Source of the DNA: Eledone cirrhosa
Taxonomy: Eukaryota
NCBI GenBank assembly: GCA_964016885.1
Contig: OZ024744.1
Span: forward strand, 682,001-746,000
Length of the DNA: 64,000 bases
Direction: 5' to 3'
Shown piece after piece: positions 34,200 through 47,000 of the stretch. A program made the position numbers and the translations under genes. The notes below the pieces were generated by a model, which saw only the letters and a program-made list of their open reading frames with translations, did not search any database and had not been told where the DNA came from. Position 1 is the stretch's first letter. The number at the start of each line of letters is the position of its first letter.

Positions 34200-37100
34200 T
34201 TTGGGGGAAGACAAAGTAGAGAAAGATAGCTTGGTGAAGAACGAAGTTTTGGGGGAAGACAAGGTAGAGAAAGATAGCTTGATGAAGAACGAAGTTTTGG
34301 GGGAAGACAAGGAAGAGAAAGATAGCTTGGTGAAGAACGAAGTTTTGAGGGAAGACAAGGTAGAGAAAGATAGCTTGGTGAAGAACGAAGTTTTGGGGGA
34401 AGACAAGGTAGAGAAAGATAGCTTGGTGAAGAACGAAGTTTTGCGGGAAGACAAGGTAGAGAAATATAGCTCGGTGAAGAACGAAGTTTTGAGGGAAGAC
34501 AAGGTAGAGAAAGATAGATTGGTGAAGAACGAAGTTTTGGGGGAAGACAAGGTAGAGAAAGATAGCTTGGTGAAGAACGAAGTTTTGAGGAAGACAAGGT
34601 AGAGAAAGATAGCTTGGTGAAGAACGAAGTTTTGGGGGAAGACAAGGTAGAGAAAGATAGCTTGGTGAAGAACGAAGTTTTGAGGGAAGACAAGGTAGAG
34701 AAAGATAGCTTGGTGAAGAACGACGTTTTGAGGGAAGACAAGGTAGAGAAAGATAGCTTGGTGAAGAACGAAGTTTTGGGGGAAGACAAGGTAGAGAAAG
34801 ATAGCTTGATGAAGTACGAAGTTTTGGGGGAAGACAAGGTAGAGAAAGATAGCTTGGTGAAGAACGACGTTTTGTGGGAAGACAAGGTAGAGAAACATAG
34901 TTGGTGAAGAACGAAGTTTTGAGGGAAGACAAGGTAGAGAAAGATAGCTTGATGAAGAACGAGGTTTTGAGGGAAGACAAGGTAGAGAAAGATAGCTTGG
35001 TGAAGAACGAAGTTTTGAGGTAAGACAAGGTAGAGAAAGATAGCTTGATGAAGAACGAAGTTTTGAGGGAAGACAAGGTAGAGAAAGATAGCTTGATGAA
35101 GTACGAAGTTTTGGGGGAAGACAAGGTAGAGAAAGATAGCTTGGTGAAGAACGAAGTTTTGAGGGAAGACAAGGTAGAGAAAGATAGCTTGATGAAGAAC
35201 GAAGTTTTGAGGGAAGACAAGGTAGAGAAAGATAGCTTGGTGAAGAACGAAGTTTTGAGGGAAGACAAAGTATAGAAAGATAGCTTGGTGAAGAACGAAG
35301 TTTTGGGGGAAGACAATGTAGAGAAAGATAGCTTGATGAAGAACGAAGTTCTGGGGGAAGACAAGGTAGAGAAAGATAGCTTGGTGAAGAACGAAGTTTT
35401 GAGGGAAGACAAGGTAGAGAAAGATAGCTTGGTGAAGAACGAAGTTTTGGGGGAAGACAAGGTAGAGAAAGATAGCTTGGTGAAGAACGAAGTTTTGAGG
35501 GAAGACAAGGTAGAGAAAGATAGCTTGGTGAAGAACGAAGTTTTGGGGGAAGACAAGGTAGAGAAAGATAGCTTGGTGAAGAACGAAGTTTTGAGGGAAG
35601 ACAAGGTAGAGAAAGATAGTTGGTGAAGAACGAAATTTTGAGGGAAGACAAGGTAGAGAAAAATAGCTTGGTGAAGAACGACGTTTTGAGGGAAGACAAG
35701 GTAGAGAAAGATAGCTTGGTGAAGAACGAAGTTTTGGGGGAAGACAAGGTAGAGAAAGATAGCTTGATGAAGTACGAAGTTTTGGGGGAAGACAAGGTAG
35801 AGAAAGATAGCTTGGTAAAGAACGACGTTTTGAGGGAAGACAAGGTAGAGAAAGATAGCTTGGTGAAGAACGAAGTTTTGGGGGAAGACAAGGTAGAGAA
35901 AGATAGCTTGATGAAGTACGAAGTTTTGGGGGAAGACAAGGTAGAGAAAGATAGCTTGGTGAAGAACGACGTTTTGTGGGAAGACAAGGTAGAGAAACAT
36001 AGTTGGTGAAGAACGAAGTTTTGAGGGAAGACAAGGTAGAGAAAGATAGCTTGATGAAGAACGAAGTTTTGAGGGAAGACAAGGTAGAGAAAGATAGCTT
36101 GGTGAAGAACGAAGTTTTGAGGGAAGACAAGGTAGAGAAAGATAGCTTCATGAAGAACGAAGTTTTGAGGGAAGACAAAGTAGAGAAAGATAGCTTGGTG
36201 AAGAACGAAGTTTTGGGGGAAGACAAGGTAGAGAAAGATAGCTTGATGAAGAACGAAGTTTTGGGGGAAGACAAGGAAGAGAAAGATAGCTTGGTGAAGA
36301 ACGAAGTTTTGAGGGAAGACAAGGTAGAGAAAGATAGCTTGGTGAAGAACGAAGTTTTGGGGGAAGACAAAGTAGAGAAAGATAGCTTGGTGAAGAACGA
36401 AGTTTTGGGGGAAGACAAGGTAGAGAAAGATAGCTTGATGAAGAACGAAGTTTTGGGGGAAGACAAGGAAGAGAAAGATAGCTTGGTGAAGAACGAAGTT
36501 TTGAGGGAAGACAAGGTAGAGAAAGATAGCTTGGTGAAGAACGAAGTTTTGGGGGAAGACAAGGTAGAGAAAGATAGCTTGGTGAAGAACGAAGTTTTGC
36601 GGGAAGACAAGGTAGAGAAATATAGCTCGGTGAAGAACGAAGTTTTGAGGGAAGACAAGGTAGAGAAAGATAGATTGGTGAAGAACGAAGTTTTGGGGGA
36701 AGACAAGGTAGAGAAAGATAGCTTGGTGAAGAACGAAGTTTTGAGGAAGACAAGGTAGAGAAAGATAGCTTGGTGAAGAACGAAGTTTTGGGGGAAGACA
36801 AGGTAGAGAAAGATAGCTTGGTGAAGAACGAAGTTTTGAGGGAAGACAAGGTAGAGAAAGATAGCTTGGTGAAGAACGACGTTTTGAGGGAAGACAAGGT
36901 AGAGAAAGATAGCTTGGTGAAGAACGAAGTTTTGGGGGAAGACAAGGTAGAGAAAGATAGCTTGATGAAGTACGAAGTTTTGGGGGAAGACAAGGTAGAG
37001 AAAGATAGCTTGGTGAAGAACGACGTTTTGTGGGAAGACAAGGTAGAGAAACATAGTTGGTGAAGAACGAAGTTTTGAGGGAAGACAAGGTAGAGAAAGA

Positions 37101-38330
37101 TAGCTTGATGAAGAACGAGGTTTTGAGGGAAGACAAGGTAGAGAAAGATAGCTTGGTGAAGAACGAAGTTTTGAGGTAAGACAAGGTAGAGAAAGATAGC
37201 TTGATGAAGAACGAAGTTTTGAGGGAAGACAAGGTAGAGAAAGATAGCTTGATGAAGTACGAAGTTTTGGGGGAAGACAAGGTAGAGAAAGATAGCTTGG
37301 TGAAGAACGAAGTTTTGAGGGAAGACAAGGTAGAGAAAGATAGCTTGATGAAGAACGAAGTTTTGAGGGAAGACAAGGTAGAGAAAGATAGCTTGGTGAA
37401 GAACGAAGTTTTGAGGGAAGACAAAGTATAGAAAGATAGCTTGGTGAAGAACGAAGTTTTGGGGGAAGACAATGTAGAGAAAGATAGCTTGATGAAGAAC
37501 GAAGTTCTGGGGGAAGACAAGGTAGAGAAAGATAGCTTGGTGAAGAACGAAGTTTTGAGGGAAGACAAGGTAGAGAAAGATAGCTTGGTGAAGAACGAAG
37601 TTTTGGGGGAAGACAAGGTAGAGAAAGATAGCTTGGTGAAGAACGAAGTTTTGAGGGAAGACAAGGTAGAGAAAGATAGCTTGGTGAAGAACGAAGTTTT
37701 GGGGGAAGACAAGGTAGAGAAAGATAGCTTGGTGAAGAACGAAGTTTTGAGGGAAGACAAGGTAGAGAAAGATAGTTGGTGAAGAACGAAATTTTGAGGG
37801 AAGACAAGGTAGAGAAAAATAGCTTGGTGAAGAACGACGTTTTGAGGGAAGACAAGGTAGAGAAAGATAGCTTGGTGAAGAACGAAGTTTTGGGGGAAGA
37901 CAAGGTAGAGAAAGATAGCTTGATGAAGTACGAAGTTTTGGGGGAAGACAAGGTAGAGAAAGATAGCTTGGTAAAGAACGACATTTTGAGGGAAGACAAG
38001 GTAGAGAAAGATAGCTTGGTGAAGAACGAAGTTTTGGGGGAAGACAAGGTAGAGAAAGATAGCTTGATGAAGTACGAAGTTTTGGGGGAAGACAAGGTAG
38101 AGAAAGATAGCTTGGTGAAGAACGACGTTTTGTGGGAAGACAAGGTAGAGAAACATAGTTGGTGAAGAACGAAGTTTTGAGGGAAGACAAGGTAGAGAAA
38201 GATAGCTTGATGAAGAACGAAGTTTTGAGGGAAGACAAGGTAGAGAAAGATAGCTTGGTGAAGAACGAAGTTTTGAGGGAAGACAAGGTAGAGAAAGATA
38301 GCTTCATGAAGAACGAAGTTTTGAGGGAAG
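34200..38330. repeat. Tandem duplication with 2156-bp offset (45 monomers minus 4 bp)
   Basis: Landmarks 34614/36770, 35045/37201, 35285/37441, 35620/37776 and 36003/38159. The variant GGGGAAGACAAAGTAGAG has its diagnostic A at 34215 and 36371. Confidence 0.88.
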
Positions 38331-41300
38331 ACAAGGTAGAGAAAGGTAGCTTGGTGAAGAACGAAGTTTTGAGGGTAGACAAAGTATAGAAAGATAGCTT
38401 GGTGAAGAACGAGGTTTTGGGGGAAGACAATGTAGAGAAAGATAGCTTGATGAAGAACGAAGTTTTGCGGGAAGACAAGGAAGAGAAAGATAGCTTGGTG
38501 AAGAACGAAGTTTTGAGGGAAGACAAGGTAGAGAAAGATAGCTTGGTGAAGAACGAAGTTTTGGGGGAAGACAAGGTAGAGAAAGATAGCTTGGTGAAGA
38601 ACGAAGTTTTGCGGGAAGACAAGGTAGAGAAATATAGCTCGGTGAAGAACGAAATTTTGAGGGAAGACAAGGTAGAGAAAGATAGCTTGGTGAAGAACGA
38701 AGTTTTGGGGGAAGACAAGGTAGAGAAAGATAGCCTGGTGAAGAACGAAGTTTTGAGGAAGACAAGGTAGAGAAAGATAGCTTGGTGAAGAACGAAGTTT
38801 TGGGGGAAGACAAGGTAGAGAAAGATAGCTTGGTGAAGAACGAAGTTTTGAGGGAAGACAAGGTAGAGAAAGATAGCTTGGTGAAGAACGAAGTTTTGGG
38901 GGAAGACAAGGTAGAGAAAGATAGCCTGGTGAAGAACGAAGTTTTGAGGAAGACAAGGTAGAGAAAGATAGCTTGGTGAAGAACGAAGTTTTGGGGGAAG
39001 ACAAGGTAGAGAAAGATAGCTTGGTGAAGAACGAAGTTTTGAGGGAAGACAAGGTAGAGAAAGATAGCTTGGTGAAGAACGACGTTTTGAGGGAAGACAA
39101 GGTAGAGAAAGATAGCTTGATGAAGAACGAAGTTTTGAGGGAAGACAAGGTAGAGAAAGATAGCTTGGTGAAGAACGAAGTTTTGAGGGAAGACAAAGTA
39201 TAGAAAGATAGCTTGGTGAAGAACGAAGTTTTGGGGGAAGACAATGTAGAGAAAGATAGCTTGATGAAGAACGAAGTTCTGGGGGAAGACAAGGTAGAGA
39301 AAGATAGCTTGGTGAAGAACGAAGTTTTGAGGGAAGACAAGGTAGAGAAAGATAGCTTGGTGAAGAACGAAGTTTTGGGGGAAGACAAGGTAGAGAAAGA
39401 TAGCTTGGTGAAGAACGAAGTTTTGAGGGAAGACAAGGTAGAGAAAGATAGCTTGGTGAAGAACGAAGTTTTGGGGGAAGACAAGGTAGAGAAAGATAGC
39501 TTGGTGAAGAACGAAGTTTTGAGGGAAGACAAGGTAGAGAAAGATAGTTGGTGAAGAACGAAATTTTGAGGGAAGACAAGGTAGAGAAAAATAGCTTGGT
39601 GAAGAACGACGTTTTGAGGGAAGACAAGGTAGAGAAAGATAGCTTGGTGAAGAACGAAGTTTTGGGGGAAGACAAGGTAGAGAAAGATAGCTTGATGAAG
39701 TACGAAGTTTTGGGGGAAGACAAGGTAGAGAAAGATAGCTTGGTAAAGAACGACGTTTTGAGGGAAGACAAGGTAGAGAAAGATAGCTTGGTGAAGAACG
39801 AAGTTTTGGGGGAAGACAAGGTAGAGAAAGATAGCTTGATGAAGTACGAAGTTTTGGGGGAAGACAAGGTAGAGAAAGATAGCTTGGTGAAGAACGACGT
39901 TTTGTGGGAAGACAAGGTAGAGAAACATAGTTGGTGAAGAACGAAGTTTTGAGGGAAGACAAGGTAGAGAAAGATAGCTTAATGAAGAACGAAGTTTTGA
40001 GGGAAGACAAGGTAGAGAAAGATAGCTTGGTGAAGAACGAAGTTTTGAGGGAAGACAAGGTAGAGAAAGATAGCTTCATGAAGAACGAAGTTTTGAGGGA
40101 AGACAAGGTAGAGAAAGGTAGCTTGGTGAAGAACGAAGTTTTGAGGGTAGACAAAGTATAGAAAGATAGCTTGGTGAAGAACGAGGTTTTGGGGGAAGAC
40201 AATGTAGAGAAAGATAGCTTGATGAAGAACGAAGTTTTGCGGGAAGACAAGGAAGAGAAAGATAGCTTGGTGAAGAACGAAGTTTTGAGGGAAGACAAGG
40301 TAGAGAAAGATAGCTTGGTGAAGAACGAAGTTTTGGGGGAAGACAAGGTAGAGAAAGATAGCTTGGTGAAGAACGAAGTTTTGCGGGAAGACAAGGTAGA
40401 GAAATATAGCTCGGTGAAGAACGAAATTTTGAGGGAAGACAAGGTAGAGAAAGATAGCTTGGTGAAGAACGAAGTTTTGGGGGAAGACAAGGTAGAGAAA
40501 GATAGCCTGGTGAAGAACGAAGTTTTGAGGAAGACAAGGTAGAGAAAGATAGCTTGGTGAAGAACGAAGTTTTGGGGGAAGACAAGGTAGAGAAAGATAG
40601 CTTGGTGAAGAACGAAGTTTTGAGGGAAGACAAGGTAGAGAAAGATAGCTTGGTGAAGAACGACGTTTTGAGGGAACACAAGGTAGAGAAAGATAGCTTG
40701 GTGAAGAACGAAGTTTTGGGGGAAGACAAGGTAGAGAAAGATAGCTTGATGAAGTACGAAGTTTTGGGGGAAGACAAGGTAGAGAAAGATAGCTTGGTGA
40801 AGAACGACGTTTTGTGGGAAGACAAGGTAGAGAAACATAGTTGGTGAAGAACGAAGTTTTGAGGGAAGACAAGGTAGAGAAAGATAGCTTGATGAAGAAC
40901 GAGGTTTTGAGGGAAGACAAGGTAGAGAAAGATAGCTTGGTGAAGAACGAAGTTTTGAGGGAAGACAAGGTAGAGAAAGATAGCTTGATGAAGAACGAAG
41001 TTTTGAGGGAAGACAAGGTAGAGAAAGATAGCTTGATGAAGTACGAAGTTTTGGGGGAAGACAAGGTAGAGAAAGATAGCTTGGTGAAGAACGAAGTTTT
41101 GAGGGAAGACAAGGTAGAGAAAGATAGCTTGATGAAGAACGAAGTTTTGAGGGAAGACAAGGTAGAGAAAGATAGCTTGGTGAAGAACGAAGTTTTGAGG
41201 GAAGACAAAGTATAGAAAGATAGCTTGGTGAAGAACGAAGTTTTGGGGGAAGACAATGTAGAGAAAGATAGCTTGATGAAGAACGAAGTTTTGGGGGAAG

Positions 41301-44049
41301 ACAAGGTAGAGAAAGATAGCTTGGTGAAGAACGAAGTTTTGAGGGAAGACAAGGTAGAGAAAGATAGCTTGGTGAAGAACGAAGTTTTGGGGGAAGACAA
41401 GGTAGAGAAAGATAGCTTGGTGAAGAACGAAGTTTTGAGGGAAGACAAGGTAGAGAAAGATAGCTTGGTGAAGAACGAAGTTTTGGGGGAAGACAAGGTA
41501 GAGAAAGATAGCTTGGTGAAGAACGAAGTTTTGAGGGAAGACAAGGTAGAGAAAGATAGTTGGTGAAGAACGAAATTTTGAGGGAAGACAAGGTAGAGAA
41601 AAATAGCTTGGTGAAGAACGACGTTTTGAGGGAAGACAAGGTAGAGAAAGATAGCTTGGTGAAGAACGAAGTTTTGGGGGAAGACAAGGTAGAGAAAGAT
41701 AGCTTGATGAAGTACGAAGTTTTGGGGGAAGACAAGGTAGAGAAAGATAGCTTGGTGAAGAACGACGTTTTGAGGGAAGACAAGGTAGAGAAAGATAGCT
41801 TGGTGAAGAACGAAGTTTTGGGGGAAGACAAGGTAGAGAAAGATAGCTTGATGAAGTACGAAGCTTTGGGGGAAGACAAGGTAGAGAAAGATAGCTTGGT
41901 GAAGAACGACGTTTTGTGGGAAGACAAGGTAGAGAAACATAGTTGGTGAAGAACGAAGTTTTGATGGAAGACAAGGTAGAGAAAGATAGCTTGATGAAGA
42001 ACGAAGTTTTGAGGGAAGACAAGGTAGAGAAAGATAGCTTGGTGAAGAACGAAGTTTTGAGGGAAGACAAGGTAGAGAAAGATAGCTTCATGAAGAACGA
42101 AGTTTTGAGGGAAGACAAGGTAGAGAAAGATAGCTTGGTGAAGAACGAAGTTTTGAGGGAAGACAAAGTATAGAAAGATAGCTTGGTGAAGAACGAAGTT
42201 TTGGGGGAAGACAATGTAGAGAAAGATAGCTTGATGAAGAACGAAGTTTTGGGGGAAGACAAGGTAGAGAAAGATAGCTTGGTGAAGAACGAAGTTTTGA
42301 GGGAAGACAAGGTAGAGAAAGATAGCTTGGTGAAGAACGAAGTTTTGGGGGAAGACAAGGTAGAGAAAGATAGCTTGGTGAAGAACGAAGTTTTGAGGGA
42401 AGACAAGGTAGAGAAAGATAGCTTGGTGAAGAACGAAGTTTTGGGGGAAGACAAGGTAGAGAAAGATAGCTTGGTGAAGAACGAAGTTTTGAGGGAAGAC
42501 AAGGTACAGAAAGATAGTTGGTGAAGAACGAAATTTTGATGGAAGACAAGGTAGAGAAAGATAGCTTGGTGAAGAACGACGTTTTGAGGGAAGACAAGGT
42601 AGAGAAAGATAGCTTGGTGAAGAACGACGTTTTGAGGGAAGACAAGGTAGAGAAAGATAGCTTGGTGAAGAACGAAGTTTTGGGGGAAGACAAGGTAGAG
42701 AAAGATAGCTTGATGAAGTACGAAGTTTTGGGGGAAGACAAGGTAGAGAAAGATAGCTTGGTGAAGAACGACGTTTTGTGGGAAGACAAGGTAGAGAAAC
42801 ATAGTTGGTGAAGAACGAAATTTTGAGGGAAGACAAGGTAGAGAAAGATAGCTTGGTGAAGAACGAAGTTTTGAGGGAAGACAAGGTAGAGAAAGATAGC
42901 TTGATGAAGTACGAAGTTTTGAGGGAAGACAAGGTAGAGAAAGATAGCTTGGTGAAGAACGAAGTTTTGGAGGAAGACAAGGTAGAGAAATATAGCTCGG
43001 TGAAGAACGAAGTTTTGAGGGAAGACAAGGTAGAGAAAGATAGCTTGGTGAAGAACGAAGTTTTGGGGGAAGACAAGGTAGAGAAAGATAGCTTGGTGAA
43101 GAACGAAGTTTTGAGGGAAGACTAGGTAGAGAAAGATAGCTTGATGAAGAACGAAGTTTTGAGGGAAGACAAGGTAGAGAAAGATAGCTTGGTGAAGAAC
43201 GAAGTTTTGGGGGAAGACAAGGTAGAGAAAGATAGCTTGGTGAAGAACGAAGGTTTGAGGGAAGACAAGGTAGAGAAAGATAGCTTGGTGAAGAACGAAG
43301 TTTTGGGGGAAGACAAGGTAGAGAAAGATATCTTGGTGAAGAACGAAGTTTTGGGGAAGACAAGGTAGAGAAAGATAGCTTGGTGAAGAACGAAGTTTTG
43401 AGGGAAGACAAGGTAGAGAAAGATAGCTTGATGAAGTACGAAGTTTTGGGGGAAGACAAGGTAGAGAAAGATAGCTTGGTGAAGAACGAAGTTTTGAGGG
43501 AAGACAAGGTAGAGAAAGATAGCTTGATGAAGAACGAAGTTTTGAGGGAAGACAAGGTAGAGAAAGATAGCTTGGTGAAGAACGAAGTTTTGAGGGGAGA
43601 CAAAGTATAGAAAGATAGCTTGGTGAAGAACGAAGTTTTGGGGGAAGACAATGTAGAGAAAGATAGCTTGATGAAGAACGAAGTTTTGGGGAAGACAAGG
43701 TAGAGAAAGATAGCTTGGTGAAGAACGAAGTTTTGAGGGAAGACAAGGTAGAGAAAGATAGCTTGGTGAAGAACGAAGTTTTGGGGGAAGACAAGGTAGA
43801 GAAAGATAGCTTGGAGAAGAACGAAGTTTTGAGGGAAGACAAGGTAGAGAAAGATAGCTTGGTGAAGAACGAAGTTTTGGGGGAAGACAAGGTAGAGAAA
43901 GATAGCTTGGTGAAGAACGAAGTTTTGAGGGAAGACAAGGTAGAGAAAGATAGTTGGTAAAGAACGAAGTTTTGAAGGAAGACAAGGTAGAGAAAGATAG
44001 CTTGGTGAAGAACAACGTTTTGAGGGAAGACAAGGTATAGAAAGATAGC

Positions 44050-47000
44050 TTGGTGAAGAACGACGTTTTCGGGGAAGAAAAGGTAGAGAAAGATAGCTTG
44101 GTGAAGAACAAAGTTTTGGGGGAAGACAAGGTAGAGAAAGATAGCTTGGTGAAGAACGAAGTATTGAGGGAAGACTCGGTAGAGAAAGATAGCTTGGTGA
44201 AGAACGATGTTTTGAGGGAAGACAAGGTAGAGAAAGATAGCTTGGTGAAGAACGAGGTTTTGAGGGAAGACAATGTAGAGAAAGATAGCTTGGTGAAGAA
44301 CGAAGTTTTGGGGGAAGGCAAGGTAGAGAAAGATAGCTTGGTGAAGAACGAAGTTTTGGGGGATGACAAAGTAGAGAAAGATAGCTTGGTGAAGAACGAA
44401 GTTTTGGGGGAAGACAAGGTAGAGAAAGATAGCTTGATGAAGAACGAAGTTTTGGGGGAAGACAAGGAAGAGAAAGATAGCTTGGTGAAGAACGAAGTTT
44501 TGAGGGAAGACAAGGTAGAGAAAGATAGCTTGGTGAAGAACGAAGTTTTGGGGGAAGACAAGGTAGAGAAAGATAGCTTGGTGAAGAACGAAGTTTTGCG
44601 GGAAGACAAGGTAGAGAAATATAGCTCGGTGAAGAACGAAGTTTTGAGGGAAGACAAGGTAGAGAAAGATAGATTGGTGAAGAACGAAGTTTTGGGGGAA
44701 GACAAGGTAGAGAAAGATAGCTTGGTGAAGAACGAAGTTTTGAGGAAGACAAGGTAGAGAAAGATAGCTTGGTGAAGAACGAAGTTTTGGGGGAAGACAA
44801 GGTAGAGAAAGATAGCTTGGTGAAGAACGAAGTTTTGAGGGAAGACAAGGTAGAGAAAGATAGCTTGGTGAAGAACGACGTTTTGAGGGAAGACAAGGTA
44901 GAGAAAGATAGCTTGGTGAAGAACGAAGTTTTGGGGGAAGACAAGGTAGAGAAAGATAGCTTGATGAAGTACGAAGTTTTGGGGGAAGACAAGGTAGAGA
45001 AAGATAGCTTGGTGAAGAACGACGTTTTGTGGGAAGACAAGGTAGAGAAACATAGTTGGTGAAGAACGAAGTTTTGAGGGAAGACAAGGTAGAGAAAGAT
45101 AGCTTGATGAAGAACGAGGTTTTGAGGGAAGACAAGGTAGAGAAAGATAGCTTGGTGAAGAACGAAGTTTTGAGGTAAGACAAGGTAGAGAAAGATAGCT
45201 TGATGAAGAACGAAGTTTTGAGGGAAGACAAGCTAGAGAAAGATAGCTTGATGAAGTACGAAGTTTTGGGGGAAGACAAGGTAGAGAAAGATAGCTTGGT
45301 GAAGAACGAAGTTTTGAGGGAAGACAAGGTAGAGAAAGATAGCTTGATGAAGAACGAAGTTTTGAGGGAAGACAAGGTAGAGAAAGATAGCTTGGTGAAG
45401 AACGAAGTTTTGAGGGAAGACAAAGTATAGAAAGATAGCTTGGTGAAGAACGAAGTTTTGGGGGAAGACAATGTAGAGAAAGATAGCTTGATGAAGAACG
45501 AAGTTCTGGGGGAAGACAAGGTAGAGAAAGATAGCTTGGTGAAGAACGAAGTTTTGAGGGAAGACAAGGTAGAGAAAGATAGCTTGGTGAAGAACGAAGT
45601 TTTGGGGGAAGACAAGGTAGAGAAAGATAGCTTGGTGAAGAACGAAGTTTTGAGGGAAGACAAGGTAGAGAAAGATAGCTTGGTGAAGAACGAAGTTTTG
45701 GGGGAAGACAAGGTAGAGAAAGATAGCTTGGTGAAGAACGAAGTTTTGAGGGAAGACAAGGTAGAGAAAGATAGTTGGTGAAGAACGAAATTTTGAGGGA
45801 AGACAAGGTAGAGAAAAATAGCTTGGTGAAGAACGACGTTTTGAGGGAAGACAAGGTAGAGAAAGATAGCTTGGTGAAGAACGAAGTTTTGGGGGAAGAC
45901 AAGGTAGAGAAAGATAGCTTGATGAAGTACGAAGTTTTGGGGGAAGACAAGGTAGAGAAAGATAGCTTGGTGAAGAACGACGTTTTGAGGGAAGACAAGG
46001 TAGAGAAAGATAGCTTGGTGAAGAACGAAGTTTTGGGGGAAGACAAGGTAGAGAAAGATAGCTTGATGAAGTACGAAGTTTTGGGGGAAGACAAGGTAGA
46101 GAAAGATAGCTTGGTGAAGAACGACGTTTTGTGGGAAGACAAGGTAGAGAAACATAGTTGGTGAAGAACGAAGTTTTGATGGAAGACAAGGTAGAGAAAG
46201 ATAGCTTGATGAAGAACGAAGTTTTGAGGGAAGACAAGGTAGAGAAAGATAGCTTGGTGAAGAACGAAGTTTTGAGGGAAGACAAGGTAGAGAAAGATAG
46301 CTTCATGAAGAACGAAGTTTTGAGGGAAGACAAGGTAGAGAAAGGTAGCTTGGTGAAGAACGAAGTTTTGAGGGTAGACAAAGTATAGAAAGATAGCTTG
46401 GTGAAGAACGAAGTTTTGGGGGAAGACAATGTAGAGAATGATAGCTTGATGAAGAACGAAGTTTTGGGGGAAGACAAGGAAGAGAAAGATAGCTTGGTGA
46501 AGAACGAAGTTTTGAGGGAAGACAAGGTAGAGAAAGATAGCTTGGTGAAGAACGAAGTTTTGGGGGAAGACAAGGTAGAGAAAGATAGCTTGGTGAAGAA
46601 CGAAGTTTTGCGGGAAGACAAGGTAGAGAAATATAGCTCGGTGAAGAACGAAGTTTTGAGGGAAGACAAGGTAGAGAAAGATAGCTTGGTGAAGAACGAC
46701 GTTTTGGGGGAAGACAAGGTAGAGAAAGATAGCTTGGTGAAGAACGAAGTTTTGAGGAAGACAAGGTAGAGAAAGATAGCTTGGTGAAGAACGAAGTTTT
46801 GGGGGAAGACAAGGTAGAGAAAGATAGCTTGGTGAAGAACGAAGTTTTGAGGGAAGACAAGGTAGAGAAAGATAGCTTGGTGAAGAACGACGTTTTGAGG
46901 GAACACAAGGTAGAGAAAGATAGCTTGGTGAAGAACGAAGTTTTGGGGGAAGACAAGGTAGAGAAAGATAGCTTGATGAAGTACGAAGTTTTGGGGGAAG

